Shown here one piece after another: positions 1 through 10,663 of a DNA stretch of 64,000 bases. Within the stretch, counting starts at the first letter, position 1, and the number at the start of each line of letters is the position of its first letter. Origin of the DNA: Coraliomargaritaceae bacterium (GTDB lineage: Bacteria > Verrucomicrobiota > Verrucomicrobiia > Opitutales > Coraliomargaritaceae); the NCBI GenBank assembly GCA_965656495.1, contig CBFHKU010000001.1:242781-306780 (forward strand), read 5' to 3'. A program made the position numbers and the translations under genes. The notes under the pieces are model-generated. The model saw only the letters and a program-made list of their open reading frames with translations, ran no database searches and was not told where the DNA came from.

Positions 1-821
1 CGCTCGGGCTGCAACGTCTTGCAGAAGAAGATCCCACCTTCGTGGTCAGTACCGATGAGGAAACCGGGCAGACCTTGATTGCCGGAATGGGCGAGTTGCA
101 CCTCGAAATCATCAAGGATCGTCTCTTTCGGGAATTCAAGGTCGGCGCCGCTGCCGGTCGTCCCCAAATCGCCTACCGCGAAGCCTTCGGTACCGCTGCG
201 GAAGGCGAGGGCAAATTCATCCGTCAAAGCGGCGGCAAGGGACAATACGGACACGCCCGCATCAAAATCGAACCGCTCGAAAGAGGGCAGGGCATTGAAG
301 TGGAAGACAAGACCGTCGGTGGCGTCATTCCCAAAGAATTCATCAAGCCCACTCTGGACGGCATCCGCGAGGCTGCCTGCAACGGTGTGCTCGCCGGTTA
401 TCCGGTGGTCGATTTTAAAGCCACCCTTTACGACGGTTCCTTTCACGAAGTCGACTCCTCGGAGATGGCATTTAAAATGGCAGGCCTATTTGCCTTCCGT
501 CATGCCATGGAGCAAGCCAGCCCCGTTCTGCTGGAACCCGTCATGGCTGTTGAAATCGAAACGCCCGAAGAATATCAGGGCGATATCCTCGGCGACCTCA
601 ACCGCCGCCGGGGCCAAATCCAGAATATCGCCAACAAGGGCCAGTTTGCCACTTTCTCCGCCGCCGTCCCCCTCTCCGAGATGTTCGGCTATTCCACCAT
701 CGTCCGTTCCCTTAGCAAGGGTAGGGCGTCCTTCAGCATGGAACCCAAGTCCTTCGAGGAAGTTCCTCCCAATATTCTAAAGTCAATCCAGGAGAGCACC
801 CTGCACGGGTCTTTCCATTAA
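1..821 (+). CDS. fusA: Elongation factor G, C-terminal part (5' truncated by window)
   Basis: [40 protein letters not shown] motifs. Confidence 0.97.
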   Translation, partial: LGLQRLAEEDPTFVVSTDEETGQTLIAGMGELHLEIIKDRLFREFKVGAAAGRPQIAYREAFGTAAEGEGKFIRQSGGKGQYGHARIKIEPLERGQGIEVEDKTVGGVIPKEFIKPTLDGIREAACNGVLAGYPVVDFKATLYDGSFHEVDSSEMAFKMAGLFAFRHAMEQASPVLLEPVMAVEIETPEEYQGDILGDLNRRRGQIQNIANKGQFATFSAAVPLSEMFGYSTIVRSLSKGRASFSMEPKSFEEVPPNILKSIQESTLHGSFH

Positions 822-842
822 TTCAACCAACCAATACCAACT

Positions 843-1151
843 ATGAGTGCACCTAAAATCCGTATCCGCCTTAAAGGCTTTGATTACCGCGTTGTTGACC
901 AGTCCGCCCAAGACATTGTCGAGACTGCCAAACGCTCCGGAGCCCGCGTTGCCGGTCCCGTTCCCATGCCCACCCGCATTGAGAAATTCACCGTCAATCG
1001 TTCCGTTCACGTCAATAAAAAGGCGATGGAGCAATTCGAAGTCCGCACCCACAAGCGACTCATTGACATCATTGAACCCACCGCCGCCACCGTCGACGAG
1101 TTGAAGAAGCTCAACCTCCCCGCCGGTGTCGATATTTCAATTAATGTCTAG
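843..1151 (+). CDS. rpsJ: 30S ribosomal protein S10
   Basis: [10 protein letters not shown]...GPVPMPT...RTHKRLIDI. Confidence 0.98.
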   Translation: MSAPKIRIRLKGFDYRVVDQSAQDIVETAKRSGARVAGPVPMPTRIEKFTVNRSVHVNKKAMEQFEVRTHKRLIDIIEPTAATVDELKKLNLPAGVDISINV

Positions 1152-1303
1152 AACTTGGAAATTTCCAAAATCAGGTCTTGACGCGCGCGAAAAAACAACC
1201 TTTTCTCTCGCGCTCGCTCTCTTAACAGCGATCTTTTCACAATTTTAATCTCTAACGCAGGTCTAAACCAAACGGAGCCCCTGTTCCACCTGCCAATTAG
1301 TTT

Positions 1304-1948
1304 ATGAACGTAGCCCTACTAGGTAAAAAGATAGGTATGACACAGGTATTCGACGATGCAAATCGTATGATACCCGTTACCGTCATCGAAGCCGGTCCCT
1401 GCCCTGTAACTCAGGTTAAGTCAGACGAGACCGATGGATACAACGCCGTGCAAATTGGCTTCCGTGCCCAAAAATCCCAGCGCCTCTCCAAGGCCGCCCG
1501 CGGTCACTTTGAAAAAGCCGGAGTTGAAGCACAAGCCGAACTCAGCGAATTCCGCACCAATGGCGACCACGAGTTGAACGTCGGTGACGTCCTCACCGTC
1601 GAGCATTTCGAAGCCGGTCAAAAGATCGACGTCATCGGAACTTCCAAGGGTCGCGGTTTCCAGGGCGTCGTCAAACGCTACGGTTTTGCCGGTGGCCCCG
1701 CCTCGCACGGTTCCATGTTCCACCGTCGCGGTGGTTCCTACGGTATGTGCCAGTGGCCCGGTCACGTTATTAAAGGCAAGAAAATGCCCGGTCACATGGG
1801 TGACGTGCAGCGCACCGTTCAAAACCTCACGGTTGTGAAGGTCGTGCCCGAGAAGAACCTCATCCTTATTAAGGGAAGCGTCCCCGGCGCGCGCGGCAGT
1901 CTCCTCACTGTCCGTTCCGCTGTTAAAAACAAAGTCCGCAAGGGATAA
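1304..1948 (+). CDS. rplC: 50S ribosomal protein L3
   Basis: GKKIGMTQVF, DGYNAVQIG, KGKKMPGHMG. Confidence 0.98.
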   Translation: MNVALLGKKIGMTQVFDDANRMIPVTVIEAGPCPVTQVKSDETDGYNAVQIGFRAQKSQRLSKAARGHFEKAGVEAQAELSEFRTNGDHELNVGDVLTVEHFEAGQKIDVIGTSKGRGFQGVVKRYGFAGGPASHGSMFHRRGGSYGMCQWPGHVIKGKKMPGHMGDVQRTVQNLTVVKVVPEKNLILIKGSVPGARGSLLTVRSAVKNKVRKG

Positions 1949-1971
1949 GCCAACCGCCAGCCTAAACGAAC

Positions 1972-2607
1972 ATGAAACTTAAAGTTTATACCGCCGACGG
2001 AACCAGCAGCGAAGAAAAAGAATTCGCGGCATTCCCACAATTTGAAGACGACAAGGGCGTAGCCGCGCTCCGCCAGGTTGTCATCGCCCACCAGGCCAAC
2101 AAACGCCAGGGCAACGCCAGCACCAAGACTCGCGCCGAAGTCAGTGGTACCGGTAAGAAACTCTTCCGCCAAAAAGGCAGCGGTACCGCCCGCCAGGGTT
2201 CCCGCCGCGTCCCCCACCAACGCCACGGTGGTGTCGCTCACGGCCCCAAGCCCCGCGACTACTCGCAGAAAATCAATCGCAAGATGAAGCAACTCGCCTT
2301 CCAACGCGCCCTCTTTGAGCGTGCCAATGAAGGACGCATCTCGGTTATCGAAGCCATCCAAAGCGAGGCACCCAAAACCAAGATCTTCAATCAGGTCCTC
2401 ACCGCCGTCCTCCCGGAACGCGGCAAAGTCCTCATCATTGACGATTCCTTTGAAAACAACGCCGCCCTTGCTGCCCGCAATATCGAAGGCGTTGCCCTTA
2501 CCGAAGCCGGCAACCTCAGTACATTGGATGTAGTGCGCTATCCCAACATCCTTGTCAGTGCCAAAGGCATCGAAACCATTCTCGCACGCGCAAACGGAGC
2601 TGAATAA
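1972..2607 (+). CDS. rplD: 50S ribosomal protein L4
   Basis: RQGNASTKTRAEVSG, QKGSGTARQG, GPKPRDY. Confidence 0.98.
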   Translation: MKLKVYTADGTSSEEKEFAAFPQFEDDKGVAALRQVVIAHQANKRQGNASTKTRAEVSGTGKKLFRQKGSGTARQGSRRVPHQRHGGVAHGPKPRDYSQKINRKMKQLAFQRALFERANEGRISVIEAIQSEAPKTKIFNQVLTAVLPERGKVLIIDDSFENNAALAARNIEGVALTEAGNLSTLDVVRYPNILVSAKGIETILARANGAE

Positions 2608-2608
2608 A

Positions 2609-2899
2609 ATGATTATCGCTGACAAAATTCTGCGCGAGTATCGCGTGACCGAAAAGGCTGCCAATCTCGCCGCCAATCAAAACCAGTACACCTTTGAGGT
2701 GGCGCCCGATGCCAACCGCAAGGAGATCGCCCGCGCGGTCGAACAGGTTTTCAACGTCACCGTTACCAACGTGAACACCCTTATTCGCAAGCCCAAGGCC
2801 AAAACCGACCGCGCCCGCCGCGGACGTCCCGGTACCAAGGGCGGACACAAAAAAGCCATCGTTACCCTGAAAGAGGGCGATGCTATCGAACTCGTTTAA
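2609..2899 (+). CDS. rplW: 50S ribosomal protein L23
   Basis: VTEKA, YTFEV, KKAIVTL; start re-placed at ATG 2609. Confidence 0.96.
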   Translation: MIIADKILREYRVTEKAANLAANQNQYTFEVAPDANRKEIARAVEQVFNVTVTNVNTLIRKPKAKTDRARRGRPGTKGGHKKAIVTLKEGDAIELV

Positions 2900-2919
2900 A
2901 CCTTTAGAGAACGCCAGCC

Positions 2920-3765
2920 ATGCCACTCAACAGTTCCAGACCACTCACTCCCGGACAGCGCTTCCTGACCCGCAATAAGCAGGATGTCTCTAAAAAAGAG
3001 CCGGAACGTCGCCTCACCAAGCACAAGCACATCAAGAAGGGACGCAACTGCTACGGACGCATTACTTCCCGTCGCCGTGGTGGCGGCCACAAGCGCGCCT
3101 ATCGCATCATCGATTTCCGTCGCGACAAAATCGACATCCCCGCCAAGGTGCAGGCCATCGAGTACGATCCCAATCGTTCCGCCAACCTGGCCCTCCTCGC
3201 TTACGCAGATGGCGAAAAACGTTACATCCTCGCCCCTCGCGGCGTCCAGGCGGGTGACGTTCTCCTCAATGTTGACAAGCGCGTTGAGTTCAAGCCCGGC
3301 TATTCCATGCCGCTGAGCTTCATTCCGGCAGCCACCAAAATTCATGCCATTGAGCTCCACCCCGGTCGCGGCGCCCAAATCGCCCGTTCCGCCGGACAAA
3401 ACGCCCAACTCATTTCCGTGGAAGGCGACCGTGCCACTGTTAAATTACCGTCCGGTGAAATCCGTTACTTGAACTCCAAGTGCCGTGCCACCATCGGTGA
3501 GGTCGGCAACCACGAACACCAAAACCAGAGCCTTGGCAAAGCCGGCCGCAACCGTTGGTTGGGTCGTCGTCCCCGCGTCCGCGGTGTTGCCATGAATCCC
3601 GTCGATCACCCCATGGGTGGTGGTGAGGGTCGTACCTCCGGTGGCGGTCATCCCCAGTCGCCCTGGGGTCAGCTCTCCAAAGGATTCCCGACCCGCAAAA
3701 AGTCCAATCCTACCAATTCTCAAATTCTGGTGCGCCGCAACGGTCGCCCCATGAAGCGCAAATAA
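2920..3765 (+). CDS. rplB: 50S ribosomal protein L2
   Basis: [26 protein letters not shown]. Confidence 0.98.
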   Translation: MPLNSSRPLTPGQRFLTRNKQDVSKKEPERRLTKHKHIKKGRNCYGRITSRRRGGGHKRAYRIIDFRRDKIDIPAKVQAIEYDPNRSANLALLAYADGEKRYILAPRGVQAGDVLLNVDKRVEFKPGYSMPLSFIPAATKIHAIELHPGRGAQIARSAGQNAQLISVEGDRATVKLPSGEIRYLNSKCRATIGEVGNHEHQNQSLGKAGRNRWLGRRPRVRGVAMNPVDHPMGGGEGRTSGGGHPQSPWGQLSKGFPTRKKSNPTNSQILVRRNGRPMKRK

Positions 3766-3783
3766 TCAAACGAGATTCTTCTT

Positions 3784-4050
3784 ATGTCACGCTCCGTTAA
3801 AAAAGGATTCTTCGTCGATCCCCACCTTGCCAAAAAAGTGGATGCCGCTCAGGCCAGCAATGACCGCAAGCCTATCCAGACTTGGTCACGACGCTCTACC
3901 ATCACCCCCGATTTCGTGGGACTCAACTTCAATGTCCATAACGGCCGCAGCTTCCTGCCCGTCTATGTCACTGAAAACATGGTGGGCCACAAGCTCGGCG
4001 AGTTTGCTCCCACCCGCACCTTCAAGTCGCACCAAGCCGGTAAGAAATAA
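3784..4050 (+). CDS. rpsS: 30S ribosomal protein S19
   Basis: [21 protein letters not shown]. Confidence 0.98.
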   Translation: MSRSVKKGFFVDPHLAKKVDAAQASNDRKPIQTWSRRSTITPDFVGLNFNVHNGRSFLPVYVTENMVGHKLGEFAPTRTFKSHQAGKK

Positions 4051-4082
4051 CCCTGCCGCGAACCGATAAACACTCACCTTTC

Positions 4083-4454
4083 ATGCACACCCGTCTCCCA
4101 ATGCACCAAGCCCTGATCGCCGGCCTCATCGCCGTCGCGACCGCTTTGCCCTGCATCGGGACCGCTGCGCAACCCGCCTTCATCGCCGAAGGCCTCTATA
4201 CTCCCAACGCCGCACCCGTCGCGGAAGTTCTGGCCGGTGAAGATACCGACCTCGTGGTCATCGAAGGGGGACTGCTCCAAGGCCTGCGCCGGGGTATGAT
4301 CTGCCGCATCGAACGCGGTGACCGCACCGTCGGAGAGGTTCTCATCATCGCCTCCCGCGAACAGCGCGCCGCCGCTCTCATCCTTCAAATCGCACGCGAG
4401 ACCACCATCCAATCCGGTGATATCGCACGCATTAAGACTTTTCAAAACTCATAA
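4083..4454 (+). CDS. Hypothetical secreted protein with a small beta-rich domain
   Basis: Fills the rpsS-rplV gap on the same strand; hydrophobic N-terminal signal-like segment; C-ending codons like its neighbours. Confidence 0.75.
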   Translation: MHTRLPMHQALIAGLIAVATALPCIGTAAQPAFIAEGLYTPNAAPVAEVLAGEDTDLVVIEGGLLQGLRRGMICRIERGDRTVGEVLIIASREQRAAALILQIARETTIQSGDIARIKTFQNS

Positions 4455-4466
4455 CCCTTCATCAAA

Positions 4467-4802
4467 ATGCAGGTTCAAGCTTATACCAAATACGCCCGGA
4501 TGTCGCCCGTTAAAGTGCGCGACATAACCCGCGCCATCCAAGGACGCAATGCCGCCGAGGCAGTCGAAATCCTCCGCTTCATTCCGCGCAAATCGGCACG
4601 ACTTGTCAGCAAGACCCTCAAGTCCGCCATCGCGAACGCTGAAAACAACAACAACCTTTCCTCCGACGCGCTCACCATTCAGTCCGCAACGGTCGAACAA
4701 GGCCCCGCCTTTAAACGTTTCCGCCCCGCAGCACGCGGTTCCGCGCACCCTTACAAAAAGGCCACCAGCCATATTCGCATCATCCTCACAGACGACGCCT
4801 AA
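4467..4802 (+). CDS. rplV: 50S ribosomal protein L22
   Basis: RMSPVKVR, SAIANAENN, TSHI. Confidence 0.98.
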   Translation: MQVQAYTKYARMSPVKVRDITRAIQGRNAAEAVEILRFIPRKSARLVSKTLKSAIANAENNNNLSSDALTIQSATVEQGPAFKRFRPAARGSAHPYKKATSHIRIILTDDA

Positions 4803-4825
4803 ACCAAATTGCTTAACTAAAACTC

Positions 4826-5458
4826 ATGGGACAAAAAACGCATCCAACCGGCTTCCGCCTAGCAGTCACCCGCGACTGGGATTCCCGCTGGTACGCCAGC
4901 AAAAAAGACTTCCCCGGCTACCTTAAGGAAGACCACACCATTCGTACCTTCCTCGAGAAGAAACTGCGCTACGCCTCGGTGCCCCGCATCTTCATCGAGC
5001 GCGCCTCGGGTCGTATCCGCGTTAAAATTCACACGGCCCGCCCGGGCGTCGTGATCGGTCGCAAGGGCCAGGAACTCGATAAGCTCAAGGCTCAACTCAA
5101 CAAGAAGGTCGGCAAGGACATCATGCTCGACATTCAGGAAGTCAAGCGCCCCGACCTCTCCGCCCAACTGGTTGCTGAAAACGTTGCCCTGCAACTGGAG
5201 CGACGCATCGCCTTCCGCCGCGCCATGAAACGCGCCGTGCAAACAACCATGGCGATGGGTGCCGAGGGTATTCGTATTCAATGCAGCGGTCGCCTCGGTG
5301 GCGCCGACATCGCCCGCACCGAGCAACAACGCGAGGGCAAGGTTCCCCTCCAAACCCTCCGCGCGAAAATCGACTACGGCTTCAGCGAAGCCAGCACCGT
5401 TTACGGCATCATTGGCATCAAATGCTGGATCTGCCTCCCCGAGGACGACTCCGAATAA
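4826..5458 (+). CDS. rpsC: 30S ribosomal protein S3
   Basis: [34 protein letters not shown]. Confidence 0.98.
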   Translation: MGQKTHPTGFRLAVTRDWDSRWYASKKDFPGYLKEDHTIRTFLEKKLRYASVPRIFIERASGRIRVKIHTARPGVVIGRKGQELDKLKAQLNKKVGKDIMLDIQEVKRPDLSAQLVAENVALQLERRIAFRRAMKRAVQTTMAMGAEGIRIQCSGRLGGADIARTEQQREGKVPLQTLRAKIDYGFSEASTVYGIIGIKCWICLPEDDSE

Positions 5459-5503
5459 TCCAATCTTTTTTTAATTTAAAATAAACTTTCCACACCGCGA
5501 ATC

Positions 5504-5920
<417 letters not shown>

Positions 5921-5956
5921 ACGCAAGCACATCCAAGAAACGAACAAGCTCTTCTA

Positions 5957-6160
5957 ATGAACACTAAAGATATACGCGAAATGTCAGAAGCTGAAATCGA
6001 AAAAAAGCTGCGTGATACCCGTGACGCTCAAGTTAACCTCCGTCTGCGTAAACAGACCGGACAGGTTGAGCATCCCCATGAATTCACCAACCTGCGCCGC
6101 GAAATCGCACGCCTCGAAACCATTCTCCGTGAGAAAAAACTCGCGGCGACTGAGGCTTAA
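5957..6160 (+). CDS. rpmC: 50S ribosomal protein L29
   Basis: LRREIARLETILRE; conserved position. Confidence 0.96.
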   Translation: MNTKDIREMSEAEIEKKLRDTRDAQVNLRLRKQTGQVEHPHEFTNLRREIARLETILREKKLAATEA

Positions 6161-6180
6161 TCCACTAGCACCGCATTACC

Positions 6181-6474
6181 ATGGAAGCAACCGCTACACG
6201 CAACTCCCGCAAGTCCCTCATCGGAACCGTCACCAGTCGTTCCGGCGACAAGACCATCAAGGTCACCTATTTCTACAAGATCCCGCACCCGCTTTACCGC
6301 AAGGAGATCAAGCGCAAAACCGTGGTTCACGTCCACGATGAAGCCAATGACTGCGGAATCGGCGACCGTGTCGAAATCATGGAAACCCGTCCGATCAGCA
6401 AGCTCAAGCGTTGGCGCGTCACCCGTGTGCTCGAGCGCGCTCCCAAGCTCGATGGCGATAGCAAGGATGCATAA
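6181..6474 (+). CDS. rpsQ: 30S ribosomal protein S17
   Basis: DKTIKV, HPLY, ETRPISKLKRW. Confidence 0.97.
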   Translation: MEATATRNSRKSLIGTVTSRSGDKTIKVTYFYKIPHPLYRKEIKRKTVVHVHDEANDCGIGDRVEIMETRPISKLKRWRVTRVLERAPKLDGDSKDA

Positions 6475-6526
6475 GCCCGCATACGGCCCTCTATTTAACA
6501 TTTCAACAATTCAACAGCCTTAAGTC

Positions 6527-6889
6527 ATGATACAGATGAACAGCCGCGTTTTTATCGCGGATAACACCGGTGCTAAATCCGCCGAAATGATCCGCCGCCT
6601 TGGTCAAAACAAGACCACTGCTTCGGTGGGTGATGTCATTGTCTGCAATGTTAAGGAAGCGTCCACCGATGCCTCCGTTAAAAAAGGCGAGGTCGTCAAG
6701 GCGGTGGTAGTGCGAACCGTTGCACCGATTCGCCGTGGTGATGGCAGCTATCTGCGCTTCGACAACAACGCCGTGGTCATCATCAATGCCGACGGCAATC
6801 CTAAAGGCACCCGCATCTTTGGCCCCGTCGCCCGTGAGCTGCGCGCCAAGTATATGAAAATCATTTCCCTTGCACCGGAGGTACTCTAG
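6527..6889 (+). CDS. rplN: 50S ribosomal protein L14
   Basis: [27 protein letters not shown]. Confidence 0.98.
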   Translation: MIQMNSRVFIADNTGAKSAEMIRRLGQNKTTASVGDVIVCNVKEASTDASVKKGEVVKAVVVRTVAPIRRGDGSYLRFDNNAVVIINADGNPKGTRIFGPVARELRAKYMKIISLAPEVL

Positions 6890-6891
6890 TT

Positions 6892-7134
6892 ATGGCTAAA
6901 ACAATCAAACGCGAACAGGAAGTGGTCGTCATCGCAGGCGCCCACAAAGGCAAACGCGGCAAGGTCCTCGAGGTCAAAGCCCCTGAGAAAATCCTCGTTG
7001 AAGGCGTAAACCTCATCACCAAATACGAGCGCAAAACTCAAGAGAACCCCGAGGGGGGATCTGTGCAGCGCGAAGCACCCATTCATTATTCCAACGTCAT
7101 GCCCGCCGAGAAGTATGACGCCAAATCCAAATAA
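6892..7134 (+). CDS. rplX: 50S ribosomal protein L24
   Basis: KOW motif VIAGAHKGKRGKV, EAPIHYSNV. Confidence 0.96.
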   Translation: MAKTIKREQEVVVIAGAHKGKRGKVLEVKAPEKILVEGVNLITKYERKTQENPEGGSVQREAPIHYSNVMPAEKYDAKSK

Positions 7135-7188
7135 TTTCCGATCCTATTAATCCTCAAGCCGCCGGGTCAGAAATCCGGCCGTCGAACA

Positions 7189-7803
7189 ATGGAACAAGCA
7201 CTCCTTCAAAAACAATACACTGAGAAAGTCATTCCCGAATTGATGAAAAAGTTCGGGTTCGACAATCCCCATGTCGTCCCCGCGATCAGCAAGGTCGTCA
7301 TTAATTCCGGATTCAGCGCTACCTCCGATAAAAATCACGTCGCTTACGTGAATGATGAGATCACCAAGATCGCCGGACAGCGCCCCGTCATTACCAAGGC
7401 GAAACTCAGCATCTCAAACTTCAAACTCCGCGAGGGTCAGCCCATCGGTTGTAAGGTAACGTTGCGTGGCCGTGCCATGTATGACTTTCTCGCCCGCCTC
7501 ATTTTCATCGCCTTGCCCTGCATTCGTGACTTCCGCGGAGTGCCCGCCAAACTCGATGGTCAGGGCAACTACACCCTCGGCATCACCGATCATTCCATCT
7601 TCCCGGAAATCAGCGCCGACGGTACAACTGCCACCATTGGTATGGATATTTGCATCAATACCTCTGCCAGCAACGATGAAGCAGGTCGCGAACTCCTCCG
7701 CTGCCTGGGAATGCCTTTCCGTAAATCCACCTCTGAAATCGCTGCCGAGGAAGCCGCCGCTGAATCTGCTCCCGAAGCTCCCGCAGAGGCCACTGAAGCT
7801 TAA
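7189..7803 (+). CDS. rplE: 50S ribosomal protein L5
   Basis: FKLREGQPIGCKVTLRG, IRDFRG, DGQGNY. Confidence 0.98.
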   Translation: MEQALLQKQYTEKVIPELMKKFGFDNPHVVPAISKVVINSGFSATSDKNHVAYVNDEITKIAGQRPVITKAKLSISNFKLREGQPIGCKVTLRGRAMYDFLARLIFIALPCIRDFRGVPAKLDGQGNYTLGITDHSIFPEISADGTTATIGMDICINTSASNDEAGRELLRCLGMPFRKSTSEIAAEEAAAESAPEAPAEATEA

Positions 7804-7821
7804 TTTAATTTACCAAAAATC

Positions 7822-8127
7822 ATGGCTAAAATATCCGCAATCCACCGCAACAAGAAGCGCGAGCGCCTCATCGCCAAATACGCTGCCAAGCGCAAAGAGC
7901 TCAAGGCAATCCTCGCCAACCCCGAGACCACCGACGAGGAGTTCTACAAAGCGCAGGCAAAACTCTGCAAGCTCCCCAAAAACAGCTCACCCATCCGCGC
8001 GCGCAATCGTTGCTCCGTTACCGGACGCCCACGCGCCTTTATCCGCAAGTTCGGTCTTTCCCGTATCACTTTCCGCGAACTCGCCTCTCAGGGCAAAATT
8101 CCCGGCGTTACCAAATCCTCTTGGTAA
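7822..8127 (+). CDS. rpsN: 30S ribosomal protein S14 (long, Zn-independent type)
   Basis: [20 protein letters not shown]; 101 aa, no CxxC pairs. Confidence 0.97.
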   Translation: MAKISAIHRNKKRERLIAKYAAKRKELKAILANPETTDEEFYKAQAKLCKLPKNSSPIRARNRCSVTGRPRAFIRKFGLSRITFRELASQGKIPGVTKSSW

Positions 8128-8153
8128 GCATTTTTCTTAATCACAAACACTCA

Positions 8154-8578
<425 letters not shown>

Positions 8579-8595
8579 CTTGAAAGGCAGCCACT

Positions 8596-9132
8596 ATGAG
8601 CAGAATTGGAAAACTTCCCGTCCCCATCGTCGACAAGGCTAAAGTCTCCGTCGATGGGCAAACCGTTCGCGCCGAAGGCCCCAAGGGTAAACTTGAGCAA
8701 ACCTTCGACAGCGCCGTTAAAATTGAAATCGTCGACAACGAGGTCCGCCTTAGCCCTGCCGACGAGAGTCGTCATGCCAACGCCATGTATGGAACCGCCC
8801 GTTCCATTATTAATAACATGGTGACGGGCGTGGTCGAAGGCTTTCAAAAGAAAATTGAAATCAAAGGGGTCGGTTTCCGTGCCGCTATGAAAGGCAAGGT
8901 CCTCGACCTGGCTCTCGGTAAATCGCACCCCTGCGAAATTGAAATCCCGGAAGGCATCACCGTTACCATCAAGGAAAACACCAAGCTGACGATTGAAGGT
9001 GCCGATAAGCAAATGGTCGGTGAAATCACCGCCTCCATCTACGCCTTCTATCCCGCCGAGCCCTACAAGGGTAAGGGCGTCCACATTGTTGGACAGTTTG
9101 TTCGCCGCAAGGAAGGCAAGAAGTCCGCTTAA
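8596..9132 (+). CDS. rplF: 50S ribosomal protein L6
   Basis: MSRIGKLPV, EPYKGKGV. Confidence 0.98.
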   Translation: MSRIGKLPVPIVDKAKVSVDGQTVRAEGPKGKLEQTFDSAVKIEIVDNEVRLSPADESRHANAMYGTARSIINNMVTGVVEGFQKKIEIKGVGFRAAMKGKVLDLALGKSHPCEIEIPEGITVTIKENTKLTIEGADKQMVGEITASIYAFYPAEPYKGKGVHIVGQFVRRKEGKKSA

Positions 9133-9158
9133 GCATTTAATTCAGGAGACTCCCATTC

Positions 9159-9512
9159 ATGAAACTCGAAAAGAAAAAAAGCCTTCTGCAGCGTCGTCGC
9201 TGGCGCATCCGCAAGAAAATTACCGGCACCGCCGAGCGCCCGCGCCTCGCCGTGCATTTCTCCAACAAACACATCTATGCCCAGTGCATCGACGACGACA
9301 AGGGCCACACCATGGCTTACGTCTCCTCCGTTGCCAAGGAAGGTGGCCTCAAGGCGAATGCCGAGGGCGCAACCGCGCTCGGGAAGCAAATCGCTGAAAA
9401 AGCCAAAGCCGCCGGCATCGAGTCGGTGGTCTTCGACCGTTCCGGACGCCGCTATCATGGTTGTGTCAAATCCTTTGCCGAAGCAGCCCGCGAAGGCGGC
9501 CTCCAATTCTAA
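9159..9512 (+). CDS. rplR: 50S ribosomal protein L18
   Basis: [29 protein letters not shown]. Confidence 0.98.
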   Translation: MKLEKKKSLLQRRRWRIRKKITGTAERPRLAVHFSNKHIYAQCIDDDKGHTMAYVSSVAKEGGLKANAEGATALGKQIAEKAKAAGIESVVFDRSGRRYHGCVKSFAEAAREGGLQF

Positions 9513-9522
9513 CGCCATTGCT

Positions 9523-10050
9523 ATGAGTCAATCGAACCGATCATTTTCTTCCCAAAATCAAACCGAGGAAGCACCCGAATTCACCGAGAAGGTGGTGCAC
9601 ATCAACCGTTGCGCCAAAGTCGTGAAGGGCGGGCGCCGTTTCAGTTTCTCCGCCCTTGTTGTGGTGGGGAACCAGAAGGGCGAAGTTGGCGTGGGCTACG
9701 GTAAAGCCAAGGAAGTACCTGAGTGCATCCGCAAAGGCACCGAGCAAGCCAAGAAAAACCTCGTTAAAATCAACCTCCGTGGTGAAACCATCCCGCACCC
9801 CGTGCGTGGTATTTCCGATGGAGGAGAGGTGCTCCTTCGCCCCGCGACCGATGGTACCGGCGTTATCGCCGGCGGTGGGGTTCGCGCCGTCTTGGAAGCC
9901 GTTGGTATCAACAACGTCCTTTCAAAGTCCCTCGGCTCCAACAATCACCTCGCCATGGTCAATGCCACCATGGATGCCCTCCTGCAACTCCGCTCAAAAG
10001 AGGACATTAATTCCCTCCGCTTCGCCAAGCCTGAGGCCGCTGAAGCCTAA
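9523..10050 (+). CDS. rpsE: 30S ribosomal protein S5
   Basis: [24 protein letters not shown]; start re-placed at ATG 9523. Confidence 0.97.
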   Translation: MSQSNRSFSSQNQTEEAPEFTEKVVHINRCAKVVKGGRRFSFSALVVVGNQKGEVGVGYGKAKEVPECIRKGTEQAKKNLVKINLRGETIPHPVRGISDGGEVLLRPATDGTGVIAGGGVRAVLEAVGINNVLSKSLGSNNHLAMVNATMDALLQLRSKEDINSLRFAKPEAAEA

Positions 10051-10064
10051 GCCATAGACGCATC

Positions 10065-10619
10065 ATGAATCTCGATAAAATTCCAACGATCAAGGGCGCC
10101 ACCCATCCCACCAAACGCCTCGGGCGCGGGGAGGGCAGTGGCCACGGTAAAACCTCCGGCAAAGGCCACAAGGGACAAAAAGCTCGTTCCGGCGGCGGTA
10201 TTCGCATCGGTTTCGAGGGCGGTCAAATGCCCCTCTACCGCAAGCTCCCGCGCCGCGGTTTCAACAACTTCAATTTCCGCAAGCACTTCCAGACCGTCAA
10301 CGTCGCAGAGCTCGAGAAAATTGAGGGCGACACCGTCAACCGCGAAACCTTGCTTAAAGCGGGACTCATCCGCGATAACGACGACGCAATCAAATTGCTC
10401 GGCGATGGCGAAATTTCCAAAGCGCTCACCGTTCACGTTGACCGCGCCTCCGGTTCCGCCGTCAAAAAGATCGAAGCCGCTGGCGGTAAGCTCATCCTCA
10501 GCACACCGGTCGAAGCGAGCACCGAAGCCGAGCCCGTAGCTGAAGCCGAGGTCGAAGCCGAGCCTGCTCCCGAAGCCGAGGCCGACGCTGATGCCAAGGA
10601 CGCTTCTGAAGACGCCTAA
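10065..10619 (+). CDS. rplO: 50S ribosomal protein L15 with acidic tail
   Basis: RLGRGEGSGHGKTSG, GFEGGQMPL. Confidence 0.97.
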   Translation: MNLDKIPTIKGATHPTKRLGRGEGSGHGKTSGKGHKGQKARSGGGIRIGFEGGQMPLYRKLPRRGFNNFNFRKHFQTVNVAELEKIEGDTVNRETLLKAGLIRDNDDAIKLLGDGEISKALTVHVDRASGSAVKKIEAAGGKLILSTPVEASTEAEPVAEAEVEAEPAPEAEADADAKDASEDA

Positions 10620-10663
10620 TTGAACTGCCCGCTCCACGCGGGCCCAAGCCTTTCAAACAATTC

